NCBI GenBank assembly: GCA_032718475.1
Contig: JAUCBJ010003862.1
Span: 17,167 to 81,166 of the forward strand
Direction: 5' to 3'
Source: Nemertoderma westbladi
Lineage: Eukaryota; Animalia; Xenacoelomorpha
DNA: 64,000 nucleotides
Part shown: in pieces, positions 36,519 to 47,300 of the stretch
How positions within the stretch are numbered: position 1 is the stretch's first letter
How the letters are laid out: every line of letters starts with the position of its first letter
Made by a program: the position numbers and the translations under genes
Notes under the pieces: generated by a model
Databases searched by the model: none
What the model was told of the DNA's origin: nothing
The model's input: only the letters and a program-made list of their open reading frames with translations

Positions 36519-37048
36519 AAAATATAAGTTGTAAGCAGATTATTTATGGACTTAATTTAAAAGAATTAAAAAATCAATTGAATGGTAAAATTGTACTCAA
36601 ACCTAATCAGTTTATATATAAGGTATTTGGTGCAACTATATTAATGTTTACAAATGGACGAATAACAATTCTCGGTAGAAAATATAATTTTAATAAAGTG
36701 AAAAAACATATATTAGAAAAAACAAACATTAATTTGATTTTTAAATCAATCAATTTGTGTACTTATATTTTTAGTATCGATACTGTAATTTATAGGTTAC
36801 TTATAAACAATATCGGGTTTTATGTTATATTTGATAATGTTAAACTAGAAATTTCATACGACCCTGAAATATTCAATAACTGTAAAGTCAGAATAAATAA
36901 TATTGTTTTTGTTTGCTGTTTCTACACTGGTAAATATACATTAATGTGTTCCCCGTTTAAATTTCATATATATTATCCTATATTCATCAAACTGGTTAAT
37001 AATTTATTATTGTTTGGTGTGGGGGTTTTTGATGTAAAATATAATTAG
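36464..37048 (+). CDS. TATA-box-binding-protein-like protein (Polinton-encoded)
   Basis: Two TBP half-repeats: LNLKEL..ATILMFTNGRITILG and SYDPEIF..VCCFYTGKYTLM, versus TBP LDLK.I..TTALIFSSGKMVCTG and SYEPELF..LLIFVSGKVVLT. Confidence 0.72.
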   Translation: MKNQKTTVLMMMNYQIVNKNISCKQIIYGLNLKELKNQLNGKIVLKPNQFIYKVFGATILMFTNGRITILGRKYNFNKVKKHILEKTNINLIFKSINLCTYIFSIDTVIYRLLINNIGFYVIFDNVKLEISYDPEIFNNCKVRINNIVFVCCFYTGKYTLMCSPFKFHIYYPIFIKLVNNLLLFGVGVFDVKYN

Positions 37049-37737
37049 TGTGAGTGAAATTTATTGTTGTTGCTGTTTGGTGGTGGAGATTTTTACTGTA
37101 AAATATATATATATATTAAATTGGAGGGAGAAGAAATTTATGAATATTTTTTTTTAAATCAACAACTAGTTTGATGGGAAATTAACTAACTAACTTCAGT
37201 AGAGCGATTGCCTGTAACACTCAAGTAGGCATAGTATACTCAGCAGCCGTAGCTAGCTAGCTAGCTAACTAAGCATTGTTGCTCACGGGTGAGCTACAAT
37301 AGCGCATCTGTTACTTATGAGTGTGCGTGTGTACAGCAGGCAACGCTAAGCTCAGTGAGAAAAAAATTAGGGGTATGTGCTGGTATTCATAGTCAAAGAC
37401 GACGCCATCCTATCTGTTACTAGTCTGTATACAGGCACATATTATTATTAAAACATCCGCTATGCATCTCCCTACATTCAGAATAGAACAATGAACAGAG
37501 CATATATCGCTAATCCGCATGGGAAAGGTTTATGTTCTACATTTTGTTAACTATGTGAATTTTGTAATGTAAACATCTGCGACCCACTACAAAAATATAT
37601 ATAAACTCAATTTTCAAACAATGACCTATAATTTTGTTAACCAAAATAAGAAAAAAAATAAAAATACCGGTATACTGTATCCACCCTGTCTGTTACCCTT
37701 AGACTATATATATAAACTAACCTGAGACAGCAAGAAG

Positions 37738-38139
37738 ATGACTTTCGCCTATATCAACAACCGGTCGTTGAAAAGCAGCATAAAGTTCGATTTTGAGAGT
37801 GAGGATACTTTTGTGTCATCCTCAAACGTATCTGATTTGGAAATCAGATACATTAATAAAAAATTTGAAATCGGATTTACCAATATCATCAATCACGAAC
37901 ACGGTGTTACAAAGTTAGAAACAACAAAAAACTTTACTTTGAACATAAGAATAAATCCAGGAATGGAAGAAGAAGAAGAAGTTACCGGTAATCAAAACGA
38001 ATTAATACCACTACAAGAGAATTGGGAAACAGAGACCGCTGCAACTATACCAGAACCGATGGAGACTGTTTGGAAAGAAATTAAACTAGCAACGCCTACC
38101 TGTAATAATAATAGGCCTAATCATCAACATTTTTCATAG
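37738..38139 (+). CDS. Polinton hypothetical protein (acidic C-terminal half)
   Basis: 133-aa ORF with TATA box at 37705-37716. Confidence 0.5.
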   Translation: MTFAYINNRSLKSSIKFDFESEDTFVSSSNVSDLEIRYINKKFEIGFTNIINHEHGVTKLETTKNFTLNIRINPGMEEEEEVTGNQNELIPLQENWETETAATIPEPMETVWKEIKLATPTCNNNRPNHQHFS

Positions 38140-39193
38140 ATGGATACTGCTATCTAACTAGTACACCTGTACACCCGTACACTCATACTCATTTCTGCAT
38201 TTATAAAGCTGTAAAGTAGACCTAAATTTTACCGGTCTGTGTATGTCTATATTATATGTAATTTAACTTAAAAAGCGGACGCATAAATAAATAAAATAAA
38301 CTAACTAACTATGTTTTATATAGGATCGTTAACATAGAGTGAATGTTAGTAACCAGAGAATGTGGTGGATTTTATATAGTTATACCTCAAACCACACCTA
38401 TTGTATCAGCTAGAGTAACAGAGTGCGAGGGGATTTTATAGGGCCTATAGCGCTACTGACGCCTAACCATACCTATTGTATCAATGTGGTGGAGGGCTTT
38501 CAGTTGAGGAGTACCGTTGTCATTAGGCCTATATGTCTAACGAATGAATGTGTGCCTATCCGTGTGTTCTAAAGGTTAACCGTAAAGCATATTGGGTCAA
38601 CATTCGAAAAGGGGGCCGCATAAAGTTAACTATAGCTGTATAGGCTTATCTATGCAACAGTAGCACGCAGTAATGTAGATTAGACCAATTAAAGTTGTAA
38701 ACAGAAAATTGGAAGCATTCAAGTGTAATAGCCTAATCCTTAAATCAAAGAAACCAGCATGCTCTTGTGCTATCCAAGTATACAGGTACAAGAGTGCTAC
38801 GGTGCTGGTACCAGTAGGCCTATTGTTAGGTGGGCCTCCTCTAATGCTGCATTCACGAACCCCCATGTCGACTTAATTTAATTTTATTATTAGTAAGTAC
38901 GGTACCGGTAACGCTAAAGCTCTATGGTTGCTGTCGGGGCCATTCTGCCGTTCTACAGTTTAGCATTGTTGGTATATGTAGTAAAATCAGCTAGCTACTG
39001 GTAGTTAAACTCTGATACAACCGCCGGCTACTGGTAGGTGCGGGGTGTTTGTGTGTGTGTGTGTGTGTGTAAACTTAAGCCCTACACCTTCAGTCAAACT
39101 GAGATATTAAAAAATAGATTTTAATGTTTTTATTATTTTTATTGACATTAAAACAATTATATTATCCCATCACATTACATGCTTAGAGTAAAC

Positions 39194-39790
39194 CTACAGT
39201 ACATCTTCCACCGCAGTTATTTCTTTCTGTTTATCATCATCAGTCGCAGTTAAACGCTTTCTCATGAAAAAGTGTAGCATCTCATACCACCCAACGCGTT
39301 TTGCTGAGCAATACCGCAGACAGTTATCCTTTGTGTTTAAGTGGAACGCACATTTATTTTCTAGTGTAGTAAATTGATCGTGGAAGCGGCAGGGGGTTAA
39401 ATAATCGTGATATTGCTTATATATTCCCAATTTCTCCACCGAATTTGGCGCGAGAACATCGAGTTGGGTGTTTAATATTGCCCGCTTCATCAACCCAAAT
39501 ACATATATATTTTTTTTATATTTTAAATATCTCTTCATATATTTTTTAAAGTCATCTTGAGAAATGTCACCGTAGTCCCATGGCAAATGAGAAGTCATGT
39601 CTCGTAAATTGTTTACGTGAGCTACATCTAAAGCTGATAACTTAATATTAGACGGGCCTTTAATTAAAAACGTCTTTACATTAGTTTTGGTGTAATTAGA
39701 ATCGAATATAGCAAATTCTTTAAATTCTACCGGATACTCTTTATTGTCTATCTTATAATATTGAAAATCAGCAAAAATAATATTATCCAT
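39194..39790 (-). CDS. Polinton accessory DEDD/Maelstrom-like nuclease-fold protein
   Basis: ADFQYY...FKEFAI, HLPWDYG, IYVFG..K, C.FH..C pattern. Confidence 0.6.
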   Translation of the reverse strand: MDNIIFADFQYYKIDNKEYPVEFKEFAIFDSNYTKTNVKTFLIKGPSNIKLSALDVAHVNNLRDMTSHLPWDYGDISQDDFKKYMKRYLKYKKNIYVFGLMKRAILNTQLDVLAPNSVEKLGIYKQYHDYLTPCRFHDQFTTLENKCAFHLNTKDNCLRYCSAKRVGWYEMLHFFMRKRLTATDDDKQKEITAVEDVL

Positions 39791-39864
39791 TTTATCTGAT
39801 AAACAAAAGTTAAATGATTAATTACAACGCTTTTTGGTTTATTTTATAATAATTAACAAGCCAT

Positions 39865-40274
39865 TTATATAATATTATTTCATTTATTTCCACATTATTT
39901 GTAAACGCACTCATTGGATAGTTTGTGTGAATTCGATTTACTAAGTAATAAAGACAGTATAGACCGCATATGGTCCTCCTTGGGTCTTGAAATTGTTTGC
40001 GAGTAGTACGCCACCTTGCGGAATTTTTCTCAAGCCATTTTTCGATGCATCTGTTTGGATATTTTGATCCGAATGAATCAAATAATTCAGCCTCATTATC
40101 TCGTATATATATCGCGATCCAATGAATCCCGGGTAGATGCTCTTTATCGGTATTTACTATTAACCCATAATCTCTTCACTTATTATTATCTAATTTAGGT
40201 AATTTATTAGCTGGAAACGCTCCCAAATAATGACCACCCACTGGAAACATATCAAGGTCCTCTGTAGATAACAT
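39865..40274 (-). pseudogene. Adenain (C5) maturation cysteine protease, one frameshift; not in ORF track
   Basis: Manual translation: YLGAFPANKLP / IVNTDKEHLPGIHWIAI...FDSFG...QFQDPRRTICGLYCLYY (His, Asp, Gln, Cys catalytic motifs). Confidence 0.88.
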
Positions 40275-40276
40275 AC

Positions 40277-41536
40277 TTAATCGATATGTATTTCTTTCCT
40301 GCTATTTAAACTTAATGATTGATCATAAATATTAAAAACGATTACATTTATGGTTTCAACCAACGGTTCGGCAAATCTTAATTTTAATTGGCCGTTAGTA
40401 TATATCGACGGTTGCGGATCTCTAACATAGCCGTCGGCGGTTAAGTCCCAGGATAGGATGGGGCAATTACCTAAGTAGGTTTCATGGTCTATATTATTAC
40501 CTCCATAACCGTTAATATATGTATTAATGTTCTTCATTAATTGAGTATACTCAAAAATATATGTTCCATCTGTAAAATTAGGCTCGTATATTACACCACC
40601 TACTGGAAGACCGTCTACAATCAGTTCCGCGCGTCTAAGGTTAAAATGTTCAAATTTCAAGGGATTGCTAATTAATTCTCCCGAATAAGCGTTATTTGTT
40701 ATGAAGCCGATAATAACTAATTTGGGTTTTTTACCATCAAATATGTTTGTTTGGGTGAAATTTGTGGTTTGAGCGGGAATAGTAAATGTTGTAACCTCCT
40801 TTTTTTGAAATTGATATTCAATATCGTAACTCTCTAAACCTTTTAGGTGACTGCTTTCTATTACAGGATTAACCTCCATTCTAGGGATTAGGATCTTTAT
40901 TTCATCTAATTCTAGCCGAAGATTTGTCACCGCGTTTGCGTTTGGAGTGATTTTAAAAATAAACGAATTTGATACTTTTCTAAAATGCATTCTTAAATCA
41001 TACCCGGGTTGTATTATTTTGCTTTCAGTATCAAAATCAATCGTCAATCCTCTTACAAATTGCATTTGCTTACTAAAGGCATCGCCAATAGGATGCGCGC
41101 CGGGGTCAATTTCATTTCCGTGCTCAGATAAAGGTTGATGAAAGCCACCCGCACCCAGTAGCCCATTTTTATCCTCGTAAGTTGTAAATAGTAAATTGGA
41201 TAAGTACGACTTGTAGAAATAATGGTTATTGCTATTTTCAACCTGCTTCTCATTAAGGTCTATTTTAATATCACTCCACATAGTTTCAGCGGGGTAATTC
41301 AGCATATATATAAGGGAGTTTTCAAGTCGTCTATCCCATCGTACAGTACATTTTGTAATTAATAACGCATCTTGCAGTTTCGTATAGAATTCATTGGATC
41401 TTGGTACAAGGAACGTGACTTCCCTAGACTCACTTCTGAGATTAGATACGGGGTAAATTGTTTCATAATGCTTTGCTTTAAATTCAGTCTGTATTGGCTG
41501 TGTAAATAATAAATCTAATTCCTTAATAATTGACAT
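40277..41536 (-). CDS. Major capsid protein (double jelly-roll)
   Basis: ELDLLFTQPIQT N-terminus, PKLVIIGF, AYSG...NPLKFEHFNL, WDLTAD, LKLRFAEPL. Confidence 0.88.
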   Translation of the reverse strand: MSIIKELDLLFTQPIQTEFKAKHYETIYPVSNLRSESREVTFLVPRSNEFYTKLQDALLITKCTVRWDRRLENSLIYMLNYPAETMWSDIKIDLNEKQVENSNNHYFYKSYLSNLLFTTYEDKNGLLGAGGFHQPLSEHGNEIDPGAHPIGDAFSKQMQFVRGLTIDFDTESKIIQPGYDLRMHFRKVSNSFIFKITPNANAVTNLRLELDEIKILIPRMEVNPVIESSHLKGLESYDIEYQFQKKEVTTFTIPAQTTNFTQTNIFDGKKPKLVIIGFITNNAYSGELISNPLKFEHFNLRRAELIVDGLPVGGVIYEPNFTDGTYIFEYTQLMKNINTYINGYGGNNIDHETYLGNCPILSWDLTADGYVRDPQPSIYTNGQLKLRFAEPLVETINVIVFNIYDQSLSLNSRKEIHID

Positions 41537-41538
41537 TA

Positions 41539-42102
41539 TTAAAAAATACTTTTTTCGCAGTGTTTCAATTTGCTTTTTATTTTTCTATTTTTATTACTAC
41601 GTCGATGATGTATGTTCATAGACATTGGTCTAGCGGGTCGCTTTAAATCTCTATAAACTTTTTCTACAACTGACCTTGTTGATGGTTTCATTTTATTTAA
41701 TGCTTTATTAATAACCGTATTAGCCTGCTGATGTAAGATCCGCTTACCTTTTGGTATTACGTGTTGTCTCATAAAATTTGTGGTAAATGGTAAAGCTTTT
41801 TGTAAAACTTTTTTAGCTAATGGCTTACCAAATTTTTTCAATGTTGATAAAGCGTCTGTAAATATACCTTCTCCGTGTTGATTTGCCCGCATACCTCTAC
41901 GATAACGCTGAAAACGACGTTGTTTTAAGTTTGGACCAAATGCACCAATTTGTTGACTGTAAGGGTCAATATATGAACCACCTCGAAAAACAGGAACTTG
42001 TGTCGAGCCTCTCGTACTTCTACCACCTTTAAAAACAGCAAGATTAGAGTCTGAACCACCATATTGAGGTTTACTGTATCTTTGAAATAAATCAGAATCC
42101 AT
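41539..42102 (-). CDS. Basic core/DNA-condensing precursor (pVII-like)
   Basis: Arg/Lys-rich; repeated QYGG, FKGG, FRGG, QHGEG putative adenain sites; next to MCP. Confidence 0.6.
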   Translation of the reverse strand: MDSDLFQRYSKPQYGGSDSNLAVFKGGRSTRGSTQVPVFRGGSYIDPYSQQIGAFGPNLKQRRFQRYRRGMRANQHGEGIFTDALSTLKKFGKPLAKKVLQKALPFTTNFMRQHVIPKGKRILHQQANTVINKALNKMKPSTRSVVEKVYRDLKRPARPMSMNIHHRRSNKNRKIKSKLKHCEKSIF

Positions 42103-42112
42103 TTTAATTTAT

Positions 42113-42958
42113 TCATTTAAAGTGTAATGTAATAGATGTTGTCCCATATTCAAAATTCAAATCTTTTCCTTCTTTGTCTGTTATTTCAATATGAATGTAT
42201 GTTATCTTATATGACTTTTTTACAGGGATGTAATGAATTGTATCCTTGACAAATTCTTTATTTATTACGCTACCATATTTCACGTCATCAGGTATCGCAA
42301 CACGACGAAGTAAAGCTAAACCAAAGTCATTAATATATTGATTTTCAATTATATTAGTAGTCACGTACATGTTCGACTTAGGTTCTGGAATAGAATTGGG
42401 TGGTTGAGGGCATAAAAATACCATCTGGTAAGCTTTTTCTCCACTTCCGATAACCTTTATTAAATAACCCTTTATATTATTTTTCGTCTTCAAAATAATT
42501 TTAAAATTTGGATTTAAATTCGCGCCGAGATTATTTTCAGTAATTCCAAAATAATAGGCTAATTGTTGACCTATAAATAACTCTCGCACAGTTTTCCCTA
42601 AAATAAATTGCAACCTATTTTGCTGAGTATTTTCAACTATTTGTAATTTATCTTTCAACGCCCCCGTGTTAAAATAATCTATAATGTCATTGATACTGTA
42701 GAACAAACCGGATGGAAGTGTATCCTCAAAAATTTTTTTTCCTTTTTTTAATAAAATAACATTCTCTACATTATTATACATGGACGGCAACGTAGCTAAG
42801 TAAAATATACTTTTTATACCTACCACCCAGTTTTCGTTTGGGTTTATAGGTAAGGCGCCATGGAAATTGATCTGATAATTACTAGCGCTATTGCGGGGAA
42901 AATCAATTGGACAGGAGTTACTTGGTAGTCTTACGTAGAATTCATCCATCACTGCCAC
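42113..42958 (-). CDS. Minor capsid (penton-like) protein A
   Basis: FYVRLPSNS..FPRN, WVVGIKSI, MYVTTNII, LLRRV, IHYIPV, ITLHFK. Confidence 0.8.
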   Translation of the reverse strand: MAVMDEFYVRLPSNSCPIDFPRNSASNYQINFHGALPINPNENWVVGIKSIFYLATLPSMYNNVENVILLKKGKKIFEDTLPSGLFYSINDIIDYFNTGALKDKLQIVENTQQNRLQFILGKTVRELFIGQQLAYYFGITENNLGANLNPNFKIILKTKNNIKGYLIKVIGSGEKAYQMVFLCPQPPNSIPEPKSNMYVTTNIIENQYINDFGLALLRRVAIPDDVKYGSVINKEFVKDTIHYIPVKKSYKITYIHIEITDKEGKDLNFEYGTTSITLHFK

Positions 42959-43814
42959 CCCGTATTAACTTAAGTGTTATAACAGTGCAACCTCCGCTAA
43001 AATTAATTAATTCGCCTTGTCCGTCATGTAAAGTAATTAAGATTGTTTTTAGTTTTTTATTCAACAACGGGTAATAGCAAATGCTCTCGTATTCGTGATT
43101 AATATATTTTCGATTTAATTGCGTTAAAGGGCAGGTTCTTAAGAGCGGTGCTAAAGCGTCACCAACAAATGAGCTCTTAATAATATCTGTATATATAAAG
43201 ATAGTGTCTTTATTACGTGTTATATTCGTGGGAGCTGGAAAATCTAAAATGCCAATTTCCGAAATTTTTGGTCCGCTATAATTTAAAATTAATATCGGCT
43301 GTTCTATATTGCTTAATTCATCTACTGTAGTGGTACTGTATATATCCCAATTCGGAATACCAGGATGATTCCGATCCAATAACGGTTTTAAGCCTAGAAT
43401 TTGTATTAAATCACCACGTAGACTTAATTGTATTTTTTTCAACTTTTTAGGAAATTTAAATTTAATTCTAGAATTATTTGTATTAAAAATGAATTCGAAA
43501 TCTCTATATTTCGCTTCAGAATTAAACAGTTTATTTATATCATCAATAATCACTTGAATAGAGCTATGCATACCAGGAAATAAACTATATAATTTGGCAT
43601 CTTTTGCATCTACCCCGATTGACAGCGAGATTTGAGTTTGCAGTGTAATATTACTGTATGTTGCTTGGTATTGTAGCTCGGCAAGCCCAATTTTAGCATT
43701 TGGACCAATATATAATTCTTCGGCTAAATCAACAGTAAACTCGCTAGGATTATTATTGGGGTAAGTGTTTAATGAGCTATCTGAAAGTAGAGTGATATAT
43801 GTATCTGTGGCCAT
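42942..43814 (-). CDS. Minor capsid (penton-like) protein B
   Basis: YITLLSDSS..YPNN..F, IGLAEL, FIYTDII..SFVGD..APLLR, YYPL, GELINF. Confidence 0.82.
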   Translation of the reverse strand: MATDTYITLLSDSSLNTYPNNNPSEFTVDLAEELYIGPNAKIGLAELQYQATYSNITLQTQISLSIGVDAKDAKLYSLFPGMHSSIQVIIDDINKLFNSEAKYRDFEFIFNTNNSRIKFKFPKKLKKIQLSLRGDLIQILGLKPLLDRNHPGIPNWDIYSTTTVDELSNIEQPILILNYSGPKISEIGILDFPAPTNITRNKDTIFIYTDIIKSSFVGDALAPLLRTCPLTQLNRKYINHEYESICYYPLLNKKLKTILITLHDGQGELINFSGGCTVITLKLIRGGSDG

Positions 43815-44073
43815 TATTATTATTATTATTTAAGCTCTCTCTCTCTCTACTTGACTCCATTGTACATACAGTACAGTATAATGTTAAATTATAGACATCT
43901 GTGACCACGTTCATTGTCGCATCTTCTACAGTATATGCGCGGGATCAATATTTTATTGGCTTTATTTAAAACGGATGAACTATAGATATAGTAATATCAT
44001 TCGAGTTAATATTGATTAATTACGGTCGGTCATATGCGACCAAAATGAATTAATATACAGTATAAACCTAAGC

Positions 44074-45162
44074 TTATTGAATATGCTGTACCCACGACTG
44101 TTTCTTGGATCCGATGAATCGGACTAAATATTCTTTCTTCCCATTGCGTACACGTTCTTTAAGTTTGCCAATATTTTTGTCAATTGCTAGATAAATATTA
44201 CTATTCGGGTGGACCTTTTGGAGTTCGTGAGAATAAAATGAGCCCTTTATTATAGCTCCAGCGCTGTCCTTAATATCGAACATTACAGCAGGTACTCTAT
44301 CCAACCTGACACGATGAATAATAAATAATTCACGTGTCCATTGTTCTCGATAGCCTTTAGCAAAAGCAGTACGAGCGATAGATAATCGTACTGTATCTCC
44401 AACTTTAAATTTTATTTTCTTATGATTAATCTGTCTATATTTCCTATATAATCTATTCATTAATTCAGTTTCATTAAATTTATTAACTTCAATAGGTGTC
44501 ATTTTTATTGTCCTATGATATGACCTATTATAAGCATAAATGAGCTTTGGTAAAATTTTAATCCAAACATTATTTCCTCGTTGTGTAAAAATTTTGAACA
44601 TCTTTGTTTTTAATGTTCTATTGAATCTCTCGACAATAGCCGCCTTATTCACAGAATACATTACGTAATACTGTATACCTAACGTATCTAAATATATTCT
44701 TACAGATTTATTTAGAAACTCAGACCCTTGATCAGTCGCGATTCTGTTTGGTTTTCCTTTCTGGAATATTTTTTGCAATATACTAATAATTTCAACACCC
44801 TTTTTTGTTTTCATACCATAGCCAAAAGCAAGCCTGCTAAAGGCATCAATATATGTTAATATATAGTTATAATTATTATTTTGCGATTTATATTGCTGCA
44901 TATCCACCAGATCTATCATATATATATCTTTTAAACCCCCCGTAAATATTTTAGATGTTGGATAATGATGTCTACGTGGAGCGTGAAGGGTGTATGTCTT
45001 TTGCCCGCTCAACCATTTCTGGGCTTGTGCTGGTTTGATGTTTGCAGCTCTTGCTAATTTTGCAACACTTGCAAAACCCGCGGGGGATGATGGATCTAAA
45101 TAAATTCTTAACAGTTTTTTGTCTAAGCTTCGGCTTAAAATCGGTTTCATCTTGCGAGGCAT
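44074..45162 (-). CDS. Retroviral-like (RVE) integrase with degenerate C-terminal chromo-like segment
   Basis: YTLH, IDLVDM, IDAFSR, TDQGSEF, VERFNRTLK, YN..YHRTIKMTP, FKVGD.VR, KKEYLVRF. Confidence 0.95.
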   Translation of the reverse strand: MPRKMKPILSRSLDKKLLRIYLDPSSPAGFASVAKLARAANIKPAQAQKWLSGQKTYTLHAPRRHHYPTSKIFTGGLKDIYMIDLVDMQQYKSQNNNYNYILTYIDAFSRLAFGYGMKTKKGVEIISILQKIFQKGKPNRIATDQGSEFLNKSVRIYLDTLGIQYYVMYSVNKAAIVERFNRTLKTKMFKIFTQRGNNVWIKILPKLIYAYNRSYHRTIKMTPIEVNKFNETELMNRLYRKYRQINHKKIKFKVGDTVRLSIARTAFAKGYREQWTRELFIIHRVRLDRVPAVMFDIKDSAGAIIKGSFYSHELQKVHPNSNIYLAIDKNIGKLKERVRNGKKEYLVRFIGSKKQSWVQHIQ

Positions 45163-45386
45163 CTTTTCAACAACCGCAAGTAATATGTATATTCAAATCT
45201 CTTATAAAGGGCATCACCGTAAGAACAACTGAAATTTTTTAATTATTTTCTTTGAAGTTGATGTTTTAAAGGGTTTTCTTTTTGTAGTATTTACTCTAGG
45301 TATATCTTGTGGTTTTAAATCAGTAGCTAACGGTTTACTCGATACTAAATATAATTTTCTAAATGTTACTCCTGTTTTAACCATTA

Positions 45387-45659
45387 TTACCGTCCGCGGT
45401 TAATTTTTTTCGCAATAGCTGCTCCAGCGGCGGCGGCACCGGCACTCGCGGCGAGTTTCGCACCAATGCCGAGTAAGGGTATTAGAAACGGTAGTATACC
45501 TCCAGATTGATTGCTTAACTTTTTTCTGTAACTTGATATATTTTTTGTTTTACGGTTGAGTAATTTCAATACCTTCTTATAGCGGCGAGTTCTTATAAGT
45601 TCTTTGTTGAGGGGTAGCGCTGCGTAGAAATTCCAGTTCGTTACGATATTTCTGCTCAA
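45387..45659 (-). CDS. Small virion protein with adenain site followed by amphipathic helix (membrane-lytic candidate)
   Basis: QSGG/ILPFLIPLLGIGAKLAASAG; true start uncertain. Confidence 0.6.
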   Translation of the reverse strand: MSRNIVTNWNFYAALPLNKELIRTRRYKKVLKLLNRKTKNISSYRKKLSNQSGGILPFLIPLLGIGAKLAASAGAAAAGAAIAKKINRGR

Positions 45660-45706
45660 GTCTATTCATTGTTGCAACATTATTGAAAATTGTTACAAAA
45701 TATTAA

Positions 45707-46387
45707 TTATTTATTATTATTATTATTATTATTTTCGTTACGTTTATAGTCAATGTAATTTTTAATGTAACAATTATGATTACGAAATATATAAGATCTA
45801 AATCTTAAATGTTCGGGTGTTTCCTGTCGTAAATCAATTAAGAAATGTGAAAATGGTTCAATTGTCGCATCTTGATAGGAATCAACTAAAAATTTGGTCT
45901 GCCCTGGTAACATCTGCTTCGCGAAATTTAAAACTGATAAACTATCTCGCAGATTTTTCATTAATACTAAAGTATGGCTATTAATTGATCTTGTGCGGTT
46001 ATGCTTCCCACCGTAAAACATGTTTTGCGTTATAAAACAAATAAATATATTGGAATGATGAGCTACCTTAGTAAACAATACAGTTAAAGCTGTACTGGAC
46101 TCAGTTTCTGTTAATAAATCATCTATAATTAATAAATCTCGACTATTCACTAAACTATCTATATTTTCGGGCAAACCTTTGTAAAGGTGAGTAATACCGG
46201 GAATAGTCGGGGGATTGCTCCCGTAACAATACAATACTCGCAAGGGGGCTTCGTTGAAACAACCATTCTTGTGTTTAATTAAATTACTGACAAACGTTGA
46301 CTTTCCAGAACCAGGTGGCCCAGAAATTATCATACTCGTTCCCATTTGAAAGTTTAAATTATATGGACCTGAATTAAAGTCAGCCAT
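45707..46387 (-). CDS. A32/FtsK-like genome packaging ATPase
   Basis: Walker A GPPGSGKS, Walker B LLIIDD, HHSN...ITQN, RFRS. Confidence 0.92.
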   Translation of the reverse strand: MADFNSGPYNLNFQMGTSMIISGPPGSGKSTFVSNLIKHKNGCFNEAPLRVLYCYGSNPPTIPGITHLYKGLPENIDSLVNSRDLLIIDDLLTETESSTALTVLFTKVAHHSNIFICFITQNMFYGGKHNRTRSINSHTLVLMKNLRDSLSVLNFAKQMLPGQTKFLVDSYQDATIEPFSHFLIDLRQETPEHLRFRSYIFRNHNCYIKNYIDYKRNENNNNNNNK

Positions 46388-46604
46388 TTATTATTATTAT
46401 TAAGATATATCAACAATACAATATAATATAAATATCAATATCAATATCAATAAACCATCACCATTACTATGTATATAACAATAATTGAGGCAACTACAAT
46501 ATTAGAGTACTGTATATTTAATTAACATATGACACAACTACAGTATGTGACGCTCGCTGCAACAAAAGGTGCTATTTCCAATTATAGTATAGACTGATGT
46601 AATT

Positions 46605-47057
46605 TCAAGCATGGTGAGCATCTTTATACGCGAAATAATGATAGGTAACATCGGCGGTTTGGAAATCACTTCCCGAGAATTTTGCACTAATGATTTTTTT
46701 ATGTTCGCCGCTAAAAAAATAAGGAATATAGTAGCAACACCGTCGTACTACATTTCTATAAAAAATATTCTCCAATATTGTAAATAAATCTCCCGGATCA
46801 TTACTTTCCGCAGAAATATAAGTTATATTGCGAAGCTCTTTCCAATAATAGGGTTGATAACTTGCCAACTTTATATTAAACTTAGATATGGGTGCGCGAC
46901 AAATAGGACAAATTTTAGAACAATAATTATTCATTTTGGAATATTGTACAATACATTGTACGCAAGTTGCATGTTTATTTTCACATTTATAATAATCTCG
47001 ATTTTGTTGCAATAACTTAGAATAGCAAACTGGACATTTTTCATTTAAAATATCCAT
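46605..47057 (-). CDS. RING-finger (C3HC4) protein
   Basis: CPVC...CENKHATCVQC...CPICR. Confidence 0.8.
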   Translation of the reverse strand: MDILNEKCPVCYSKLLQQNRDYYKCENKHATCVQCIVQYSKMNNYCSKICPICRAPISKFNIKLASYQPYYWKELRNITYISAESNDPGDLFTILENIFYRNVVRRCCYYIPYFFSGEHKKIISAKFSGSDFQTADVTYHYFAYKDAHHA

Positions 47058-47300
47058 TTTTCCAAATTTTAAAGTAAATTGAAAATAATTACCTCAATAC
47101 ACAACAACAACAAACAAAACTGTTATACTGTATATACAAATACTACTACAATTTTCGATTATTTAAAAACATTAAAATTTTATAAATAATCATAAAATAT
47201 TTATAATATAGGGGGAAAAGTCAAGAATCAATGATATTATCAATATATTCAACATTATCTGTTGATTCTTCAGGTTCGATAAAGGATTCTTTTGAAATCA

